Origin: Eledone cirrhosa
Taxonomy: Eukaryota
DNA: 64,000 nt
Direction: 5' to 3'
NCBI GenBank assembly: GCA_964016885.1
Contig: OZ024744.1
Span: 101,742,001-101,806,000, forward strand
Shown: piece after piece, positions 52,101 to 62,900 of the stretch
How positions within the stretch are numbered: the stretch's first letter is position 1
Layout of the letters: each line of letters opens with the position of its first letter
Notes under the pieces: model-generated
What the model saw: the letters and a program-made list of their open reading frames with translations, nothing else
What the model was told of the DNA's origin: nothing
Databases searched by the model: none
Program-made: the position numbers and the translations under genes

Positions 52101-55100
52101 CTTTGTTTATTGTTGGTTTGTTTATTATTGGCTTTGTTTATTGTTGGTTTCTTTATTGTTGGCTTTGTTTATTGTTGGTTTGTTTATTGTTGGCTGTGTT
52201 TATTGTTGGTTTGTTTATTGGTGGATTTGTTTATTGTTGGTTTGTTTATTGTTGGCTTTGTTTATTGTTGGCTTTGTTTATTGTTGGTTTGTTTATCGTT
52301 GGCTTTGTTTATTGTTGGTTTCCTTATTGGTGGCTTTGTTTATTGTTGGTTTATTTATTGTTGGCCTTGTTAATTGTTGGTTTATTTATTATTGGCTTTA
52401 ATTATTGTTGGTTTGTCTATTGTTGGCTTTGATTATTGTTGGTTTGTTTATTGTTGGCTTTGTGTATTATTGGCTTTGTTTATTGTTGGTTTGTTTATTG
52501 TTGCTTTGTTTATTGTTGGTTTGTTTATTGTTGGTTTGTTTATTGTTGGTTTGTTTATTGGTGGATTTGTTTATTGTTGGTTTGATTATTGGTGGCTTTG
52601 TTTATTGTTGGTTTGTTTATTGTTGGCTTTGTTAATTGTTGGTTTATTTATTATTGGCTTTAATTATTGTAGGTTTGTTTATTGTTGGTTTGTTTATTGT
52701 TGGTTTGTTTATTGTTGCTTTGTTTATTGTTGGTTTGTTTATTGTTGGTTTGTTTATTGTTGGTTTGTTTATTGTAGGCTTTGTTTAATGTTCGTTCGTT
52801 TATTGTTGGTTTCTTTATTGTTGGTTTGTTTTTTGTTAGTTTGTTTATTGTTGTCTTTGTTTATTTTTGGTTTGTTCATTGTCGGCTTTGTTTATTGTTG
52901 GTTTGTTTATTGTTGGCTTTCTTTATTGTTGGTTTGTTTATTATTGGCTTGGTTTATTGTTGTTTTATTTATTGTTGGTTTGTTTATTGTTGGCTTTGTG
53001 TATTGTTGGTTTGTTTATTGTTGGCTTTGTTTATTGTTGGTTTGTTTATTATTGGCTTTGTTTATTTTTTGTTTGTATATTGTTGGCTTTGTTTACTGTT
53101 GGTTTGTTTATTGTTGGTTTGTTTATTGTTGGCTTTGTTTATTGTTGGTTTGTTTATTGTGGTTTGTTTATTGTTGGCTTTGTTTATTGTTGGTTTGTTT
53201 ATTGTTCGCTTTCTTTATTGTTGGTTTGTTTATTATTGGCTTTGTTTATTGTTGGTTTGTTTATTGTTGGCTTTGTTTATTGTTGCCTTTGTTTATTGTT
53301 GGTTTGTTTATTATTGGCTTTGTTTATTGTTGTTTTGCTTATTTCTGGCTTTGTTTAATGTTGGTTTGTTTATTGTTGGCTTTGTTTATTGTTGGTTTGT
53401 TTATTATTGGCTTTAATTATTGTTGGTTTGTCTATTGTTGGCTTTGTTTATTGTTGGTTTGTTTATTGTTGGCTTTGTTTGTTGTTGCTTTCTTTATTGT
53501 TGGTTTGTTTATTGTTGGCTTTGTTTATTGCTCGTTTGTTTATTGTTGGTTTGTTTATTGTTGGCTTTGTTTATTGTTGGTTTGTTTATTGTTGGTTTGT
53601 TTATTATTTGCTTTGTTTATTGTTGGTTTCTTTATTGTTGGCTTTGTTTATTTTTAGTTTGTTTATTACTGGCTTTGTTTATTGTTGGTTCGTTTATTGT
53701 TGGCTTTGTTTATTGTTGGTTTGTTTATTGTTGGCTTTGTTTATTGTTGGGTTTTTTATTGCAGGCTTTGTTTAATGTTGGTTTGTTTTATTGTTGGCTT
53801 TTTTTATTGTTGGTTTGTTTATTGTTGGCTTTGTTTATTGTTGGTTTGTTTATTATTGGCTTTGTTTAATGTTGGTTTCTTTATTGTTGGCTTTGTTTAT
53901 TGTTGGCTTTGTTTATTGTTGGTTTGTTTATTGTTGGCTTTGTTTATTGTTTGTTTGTTTATTGGTGGCTTTGTTTATTGTTGGTTTGTTTATTGTTGGC
54001 CTTGTTAATTGTTGGTTTATTTATTATTGGCTTTAATTATTGTTGGTTTGTCTATTGTTGGCTTTGTTTATTGTTGGTTTGTTTATTGTTGGCTTTGTGT
54101 ATTATTGGCTTTGTTTATTGTTGGTTTGTTTATTGTTGCTTTGTTTATTGTTGGTTTGTTTATTGTTGGTTTGTTTATTGTTGGTTTGTTTATTGTAGGC
54201 TTTGTTTAATGTTCGTTCGTTTATTGTTGGTTTCTTTATTGTTGGTTTGTTTTTTGTTAGTTTGTTTATTGTTGTCTTTGTTTATTTTTGGTTTGTTTAT
54301 TGTCGGCTTTGTTTATTGTTGGTTTGTTTATTGTTGGCTTTCTTTATTGTTGGTTTGTTTATTATTGGCTTGGTTTATTGTTGGTTTATTTATTGTTGGT
54401 TTGTTTATTGTTGGCTTTGTTTATTGTTGGTTTGTTTATTGTTGGCTTTGTTTATTGTTGGTTTGTTTATTATTGGCTTTGTTTATTTTTGGTTTGTTTA
54501 TTGTTGGCTTTGTATATTTTTGGTCTGTTTATATACTGGCTTTGTTTATTGTTGGTTTGTTTATTGTTGGCTTTGTTTATTGTTGGTTTGTTTATTGTTG
54601 GTTTGTTTATTGTTTGCTTTGTTTATTGTTGGTTTGTTTATTGCTGGCTTTGTTTAATGATAGTTTGTTTATTGTTGGCTTTGTTTTTTTTGTATTTATT
54701 TTGTTGGCTTTGTTTACTGTTGGTTTGTTTATTGTTGGTTTGTTTATTGTTGGCTTTGTTTATTGTTGGTTTGTTTATTGTTGGCTTTCTTTATTGTTGG
54801 TTTGTTTATTATTGGCTTGGTTTATTGTTGGTTTATTTATTGCTGGTTTGTTTATTGTTGGCTTTGTGTATTGTTGGTTTGTTTATTGTTGGCTTTGTTT
54901 ATTGTTGGTTTGTTTATTATTGGCTTTGTTTATTTTTGGTTTGTTTATTGTTGGCTTTGTATATTTTTGGTTTGTTTATATACTGTCTTTGTTTATTGTT
55001 GGTTTGTTTATTGTTGGCTTTGTTTATAGTTGGTTTGTTTATTGTTGGTTTGTTTATTGTTGGTTTGTTTATTGCTGGCTTTGTTTAATGATAATTTGTT

Positions 55101-56975
55101 TATTGTTGGCTTTGTTTATTTTTTGTTTGTATATTGTTGGCTTTGTTTACTGTTGGTTTGTTTATTGTTGGTTTGTTTATTGTTGGCTTTGTTTATTGTT
55201 GGTTTGTTTATTGTTCGCTTTCTTTATTGTTGGTTTGTTTATTATTGGCTTTGTTTATTGTTGGTTTGTTTATTGTTGGCTTTGTTTATTGTTGGCTTCG
55301 TTTATTGCTGGTTTGTTTATTGGTGGCTTTGTTTATTGTTGGTTTGTTTATTGTTGGCTTTGTTTAGTGTTGGCTTTGTTTATTGTTGGTTTGTTTATTA
55401 TTGGCTTTGTTTATTGTTGTTTTGCTTATTTCTGGCTTTGTTTAATGTTGGTTTGTTTATTGTTGGCTTTGTTTATTGTTGGTTTGTTTATTATTGGCTT
55501 TAATTATTGTTGGTTTGTCTATTGTTGGCTTTGTTTATTGTTGGTTTGTTTATTGTTGGCTTTGTTTATTGTTGCTTTCTTTATTGTTGGTTTGTTTATT
55601 GTTGGCTTTGTTTGTTGCTCGTTTGTTTATTGTTGGTTTGTTTATTGTTGGCTTTGTTTATTGTTGGTTTGTTTATTGTTGGTTTGTTTATTATTTGCTT
55701 TGTTTATTGTTGGTTTGTTTATTGTTGGCTTTGTTTATTTTTGGTTTGTTTATTACTGGCTTTGTTTATTGTTGGTTCGTTTATTGTTGGCTTTGTTTAT
55801 TGTTGATTTGTTTATTGTTGGCTTTGTTTATTGTTGGGTTTTTTATTGCAGGCTTTGTTTAATGTTGGTTTGTTTTATTGTTGGCTTTGTTTATTTTTGG
55901 TTCCTTTATTGTTGGCTTTGTTTATTGTTGGCTTTGTTTATTGTTGGTTTGTTTATTGTTGGCTTTTTTTATTGTTGGTTTGTTTATTGGTGGATTTGTT
56001 TATTGTTGGTTTCTTTATTGTTGGCTTTGTTTATTGTTGGTTTGTTTATTGTTGGCTTTGTTATTGTTGGTTTGTTTATTGGTGGATTTGTTTATTGTTG
56101 GTTTGTTTATTGTTGGCTTTGTTTATTGTTGGCTTTGTTTATTGTTGGTTTGTTTATTGTTGGATTTGTTTATTGTTGGTTTGCTTATTGGTGGCTTTGT
56201 TTATTGTTGGTTTGTTTATTGTTGGCCTTGTTAATTGTTGGTTTATTTATTATTGGCTTTAATTATTGTTGGTTTGTCTATTGTTGGCTTTGTTTATTGT
56301 TGGTTTGTTTATTGTTGGCTTTGTGTATTATTGGCTTTGTTTATTGTTGGTTTGTTTATTGTTGCTTTTTTTATTGTTGGTTTGTTTATTGTTGGTTTCT
56401 TTATTGTTGGTTTGTTTATTGTAGGCTTTGTTTAATGTTCGTTCGTTTATTGTTGGTTTCTTTATTGTTGGTTTGTTTTTGTTAGTTTGTTTATTGTTGT
56501 CTTTGTTTATTTTTGGTTTGTTTATTGTCGGCTTTGTTTATTGTTGGTTTGTTTATTGTTGGCTTTCTTTATTGTTGGTTTGTTTATTATTGGCTTGATT
56601 TATTGTTGGTTTATTTATTGTTAGTTTGTTTATTGTTGGCTTTGTTTATTGTTGGTTTGTTTATTGTTGGCTTTGTTTATTGTTGGTTTGTTTATTATTG
56701 GCTTTGTTTATTTTTGGTTTGTTTATTGTTGGCTTTGTATATTTTTGGTTTGTTTATATACTGGCTTTGTTTATTGTTGGTTTGTTTATTGTTGGCTTTG
56801 TTTATTGTTGGTTTGTTTATTGTTGGTTTGTTTATTGTTTGCTTTGTTTATTGTTGGTTTGTTTATTGCTGGCTTTGTTTAATGATAGTTTGTTTATTGT
56901 TGGCTTTGTTTATTTTCTGTTTGTTTATTGTTGGTTTGTTTATTGTTGGCTTTGTTTATTGTTGGTTTGTTTATT
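46144..56975 (+). repeat. Near-perfect tandem block duplication, period 5,392 bp; junction within 51,536-51,583
   Basis: ORF pairs at constant offset 5,392 with apparently identical translations (46206/51598, 46982/52374, 48508/53900, 50843/56235, 51257/56649). Private variants GCTGTG (about 46801/52193) and the 14-bp monomer TTTGTTTATTGTGG (about 47757/53149). Confidence 0.93.
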
Positions 56976-59900
56976 GTTGGCTTCGTTTATTGCTGGTTTG
57001 TTTATTGGTGGCTTTGTTTATTGTTGGTTTGTTTATTGTTGGCTTTGTTTATTGTTGGCTTTGTTTATTGTTGGTTTTTTTTATTATTGGCTTTGTTTAT
57101 TGTTGTTTTGCTTATTTCTGTCTTTGTTTAATGTTGGTTTGTTTATTGTTGGCTTTGTTTATTGTTGGTTTGTTTATTATTGGCTTTAATTATTGTTGGT
57201 TTGTCTATTGTTGGCTTTGTTTATTGTTGGTTTTTTATTGTTGGCTTTGTTTATTGTTGCTTTCTTTATTGTTGGTTTGTTTATTGTTGGCTTTGTTTAT
57301 TGCTCGTTTGTTTATTGTTGGTTTGTTTATTGTTGGCTTTGTTTATTGTTGGTTTGTTTATTGTTGGCTTTGTTTATTGTTGGTTTGTTTATTATTTGCT
57401 TTGTTTATTGTTGGTTTGTTTATTGTTGGCTTTGTTTATTTTGTGTTTGTTTATTACTGGCTTTGTTTATTGTTGGTTTGTTTATTGTTGGCTTTGTTTA
57501 TTGTTGCTTTGTTTATTGTTGGCTTTGTTTAATGCTGGTTTGTTTTATTGTTGGCTTTGTTTATTTTTGGTTCCTTTATTGTTGGCTTTGTTTATTGTTG
57601 GTTTGATTATTGTTGGCTTTGTTTATTGTTGGTTTGTTTATTGTTGGCTTTTTTTATTGTTGGTTTGTTTATTGTTGGCTTTGTTTATTGTTCGTTTGTT
57701 TATTATTGGCTTTGTTTATTGTTGGTTTCTTTATTGTTGGCTTTGTTTATTGTTGGTTTGTTTATTGTTGGCTTTGTTTATTGTTGGTTTGTTTATTGGT
57801 GGATTTGTTTATTGTTGGTTTGTTTATTGTTGTCTTTGTTTATTGTTGGCTTTGTTTATTGTTGGTTTGTATATTGTTGGCTTTGTTTATTGTTGGTTTG
57901 CTTATTGGTGGCTTTGTTTATTGTTGATTTGTTTATTGTTGGCTTTGTGTATTATTGGCTTTGTTTATTGTTGGTTTGTTTATTGTTGCTTTGTTTATTG
58001 TTGGTTTGTTTATTGTTGGTTTGTTTATTGTTGGTTTGTTTATTGTAGGCTTTGTTTAATGTTCGTTCGTTTATTGTTGGTTTCTTTATTGTTGGTTTGT
58101 TTTTTGTTAGTTTGTTTATTGTTGTCTTTGTTTATTTTTGGTTTGTTTATTGTCGGCTTTGTTTATTGTTGGTTTGTTTATTGATGGCTTTCTTTATTGT
58201 TGATTTGTTTATTATTGGCTTGGTTTATTGTTGGTTTATTTATTGTTGGTTTGTTTATTGTTGGCTTTGTTTATTGTTGGTTTGTTTATTATTGGCTTTG
58301 TTTATTGATGGCTTTGCATATTTTTGGTTTGTTTATTGTTGGCTTTTTTTATAGTTGGTTTTTTTATTGTTGGTTTGTTAATTGTTGGCTTTGTTTATTG
58401 TTGGTTTGTTTATTGCTGGCTTTGTTTAATGATAGTTTTGTTTATTGTTGGCTTTGTTTATTTTTTGTTTGTATATTGTTGGCTTTATTTACTGTTGGTT
58501 TGTTTATTGTTGGTTTGTTTATTGTTGGCTTTGTTTATTGTTGGTTTGTTTATTGTTCGCTTTCTTTATTGTTGGTTTGTTTATTATTGGCTTTGTTTAT
58601 TGGTGGTTTGTTTATTGTTGGCTTTGTTTATTGTTGGTTTGTTTATTGTTGGCTTCGTTTATTGCTGGTTTGTTTATTGGTGGCTTTGTTTATTGTTGGT
58701 TTGTTTATTGTTGGCTTTGTTTATTGTTGGTTTGTTTATTGTTGGCTTTGTTTATTGTTGGCTTTGTTTATTGTTGGTTTGTTTATTATTGGCTTTAATT
58801 ATTGTTGGTTTGTCTATTGTTGGCTTTGTTTATTGTTGGTTTGTTTATTGTTGGTTTTGTTTATTGTTGCTTTCTTTATTGTTGGTTTGTTTATTGTTGG
58901 CTTTGTTAATTGCTCGTTTGTTTATTGTTGGTTTGTTTATTGTTGGCTTTGTTTATTGTTGGTTTGTTTATTGTTGGCTTTGTTTATTGTTGGTTTGTTT
59001 ATTATTTGCTTTGTTTATTGTTGGTTTGTTTATTGTTGGCTTTGTTTATTTTTGGTTTGTTTATTGTTGGCTTTGTTTATTGTTGGGTTTTTTATAGCAG
59101 GCTTTGTTTAATGTTGGTTTGTTTTATTGTTGGCTTTGTTTATTTTTGGTTCCTTTATTGTTGGCTTTGTTTATTGTTGGTTTGTTTATTGTTGGCTTTG
59201 TTTATTGTTGGTTTGTTTATTGTTGGCTTTTTTTATTGTTGGTTTGTTTATTGTTGGCTTTGTTTATTGTTGGTTTGTTTATTGGTGGATTTGTTTATTG
59301 TTGGTTTGCTTATTGGTGGCTTTGTTTATTGTTGGTTTGTTTAGTGTTGTCTTTGTTAATTGTTGGTTTATTTATTATTGGCTTTAATTATTGTAGGTTT
59401 GTTTATTGTTGGTTTGTTTATTGTTGGTTTGTTTATTGTTGCTTTGTTTATTGTTGGTTTGTTTATTGTTGATTTGTTTATTGTTGGTTTGTTTATTGTT
59501 GGTTTGTTTATTGTAGGCTTTGTTTAATGTTCGTTCGTTTATTGTTGGTTTCTTTATTGTTGGTTTGTTTTTTGTTAGTTTGTTTATTGTTGTCTTTGTT
59601 TATTTTTGGTTTGTTTATTGTTGGCTTTGTTTATTGTTGGTTTGTTTATTGTTGGCTTTGTTTATTGTTGGTTTGTTTATTATTTGCTTTGTTTATTGTT
59701 GGTTTGTTTACTGTTGGCTTTGTTTATTTTTGGTTTGTTTATTACTGGCTTTGTTTATTGTTGGTTCGTTTATTGTCGGCTTTGTTTATTGTTGGTTTGT
59801 TTATTGTTGGTTTGTTTATTGTTGGCTTTCTTTATTGTTGGTTTGTTTATTATTGGCTTGGTTTGTTGTTGGTTTATTTATTGTTGGTTTGTTTATTGTT

Positions 59901-62900
59901 GGCTTTGTGTATTGTTGGTTTGTTTATTGTTGGCTTAGCTTATTGTTGGTTTGTTTATTATTGGCTTTGTTTATTTTTGGTTTGTTTATTGTTGGCTTTG
60001 AATATTTTTGGTTTGTTTATATACTGGCTTTGTTTATTGTTGGTTTGTTTATTGTTGGCTTTGTTTATAGTTGGTTTGTTTATTGTTGGTTTGTTTATTG
60101 TTGGCTTTGTTTATTGTTGGTTTGTTTATTGCTGGCTTTGTTTAATGATAGTTTGCTTATTGTTGGCTTTGTTTATTTTTTGTTTGCATATTGTTGGCTT
60201 TGTTTACTGTTGGTTTGTTTATTGTTGGTTTGTTTATTGTTGGCTTTGTTTATTGTTGGTTTGTTTATTGTTCGCTTTCTTTATTGTTGGTTTGTTTATT
60301 ATTGGCTTTGTTTATTGTTGGCTTCGTTTATTGCTGGTTTGTTTATTGGTGGCTTTGTTTATTGTTGGTTTGTTTATTGTTGGCTTTGTTTATTGTTGGC
60401 TTTGTTTATTGTTGGTTTGTTTATTATTGACTTTGTTTATTGTTGTTTTGCTTATTTCTGGCTTTGTTTAATGTTGGTTTGTTTATTGTTGGCTTTGTTT
60501 ATTGTTGGTTTGTTTATTATTGGCTTTAATTATTGTTGGTTTGTCTATTGTTGGCTTTGTTTATTGTTGGTTTGTTTATTGTTGGCTTTGTTTATTGTTG
60601 CTTTCTTTATTGTTGGTTTGTTTATTGTTGGCTTTGTTTATTGCTCGTTTGTTTATTGTTGGTTTGTTTATTGTTGGCTTTGTTTATTGTTGGTTTGTTT
60701 ATTGTTGGCTTTGTTTATTGTTGGTTTGTTTATTATTTGCTTTGTTTATTGTTGGTTTGTTTATTGTTGGCTTTGTTTATTTTTGGTTTGTTTATTACTG
60801 GCTTTGTTTATTGTTGGTTTGTTTATTGTTGGCTTTGTTTATTGTTGTTTGTTTATTGTTGGCTTTTTTTATTGTTGGTTTGTTTATTGTTGGCTTTGTT
60901 TATTGTTGGTTTGTTTATTGGTGGATTTGTTTATTGTTGGTTTGTTTATTGTTGGCTTTGTTTATTGTTCTCTTTGTTTATTGTTGGTTTGTTTATTGTT
61001 GGCTTTGTTTATTGTTGGTTTGCTTAATGGTGGCTTTGTTTATTGTTGGCTTTGTTAATTGTTGGTTTATTTATTATTGGCTTTAATTATTGTTGGTTTG
61101 TCTATCGTTGGCTTTGTTTATTTTTGGTTTGTTTATTGTCGGCTTTGTTTATTGTTGGTTTGTTTATTGTTGGCTTTCTTTATTGTTGGTTTGTTTATTA
61201 TTGGCTTGGTTTATTGTTGGTTTATTTATTGTTGGTTTGTTTATTGTTGGCTTTGTTTATTGTTGGTTTGTTTATTGTTGGCTTTGTTTATTGTTGGTTT
61301 GTTTATTATTGGCTTTGTTTATTGTTGGCTTTGTTTATTGTTGGCTTTGTATATTTTTGGTTTGTTTATATACTGGCTTTGTTTATTGTTGGTTTGTTTA
61401 TTGTTGGCTTTTTTTATAGTTGGTTTGTTTATTGTTGGTTTGTTTATTGTTGGCTTTGTTTATTGTTGGTTTGTTTATTGTTCGCTTTCTTTATTGTTGG
61501 TTTGTTTATTATTGGCTTTGTTTATTGGTGGATTGTTTATTGTTGGCTTTGTTTATTGCTGGTTTGTTTATCGGTGGCTTTGTTTATTGTTGGCTTTGTT
61601 TATTGTTGGTTTGTTTCTTATTGGCTTTGTTTATTGTTGTTTTGCTTATTTCTGGCTTTGTTTAATGTTGGTTTGTTTATTGTTGGCTTTGTTTATTGTT
61701 AGTTTGTTTATTATTGGCTTTAATTATTGTTGGTTTGTCTATTGTTGGCTTTGTTTATTGTTGGTTTGTTTATTGTTGGCTTTGTTTATTGTTGCTTTCT
61801 TTATTGTTGGTTTGTTTATTGTTGGTTTGTTTATTGCTCGTTTGTTTATTGTTGGTTTGTTTATTGTTGGCTTTGTTTATTGTTGGTTTGTTTATTGTTG
61901 GCTTTGTTTATTGTTGGTTTGTTTATTATTTGCTTTGTTTATTGTTGGTTTGTTTATTGTAGGCTTTGTTTATTTTTGGTTTGTTTATTACTGGCTTTGT
62001 TTATTGTTGGTTTGTATATTGTTGGCTTTGTTTATTGTTGGTTTGTTTATTGTTGCGTTTTTTATTGCAGGCTTTGTTTAATGTTGGTTTGTTTTATTGT
62101 TGGCTTTGTTTATTTTTGGTTCCTTTATTGTTGGCTTTGTTTGTTGTTGGTTTGTTTATTGTTGGGTTTGTTTATTGTTGGTTTGTTTATTATTGGCTTT
62201 GTTTATTGTTGGTTTGTTTATTGTTGGCTTTGTTTATTGTTGGTTTGTTTATTGTTGGCTTTGTTTATTGTTGGCTTTGTTTATTGTTGGTTTGTTTATT
62301 GGTGGATTTGTTTATTGTTGGTTTGTTTATTGTTGGCTTTGTTTATTGTTGATTTGCTTATTGGTGGCTTTGTTTATTGTTGGTTTGTTTATTGTTGGCT
62401 TTGTTAATTGTTGGTTTATTTATTATAGGCTTTAATTATTGTTGGTTTGTCTATTGTTGGCTTTGTTTATTGTAGGCTTTGTTTAATGTTGGTTCGTTTA
62501 TTGTTGGTTTCTTTATTTTTGGTTTGTTTTTTATTAGTTTGTTTATTGTTGTCTTTGTTTATTTTTGGTTTGTTTATTGTTGGCTTTGTTTATTGTTGGT
62601 TTGTTTATTATTGGCTTGGTTTATTGTTGGTTTGTTTATTGTTGGTTTGTTTATTGTTGGCTTTGTTTCTGGTTGGTTTGTTTATTATTGGCTTTGTTTA
62701 TTTTTGTTTTGTTTATTGTTGGCTCTGTATATTTTTGGTTTGTTTATATACTGGCATTGTTTATTGTTGGTTTGTTTATTGTTGGCTTTGTTTATAGTTG
62801 GTTTGTTTATTGTTGGTTTGTTTATTGTTGGCTTTGTTTATTGTTGGTTTGTTTATAGCTGGCTTTGTTTAATGTTAGTTTGTTTATTGTTGGCTTTGTT

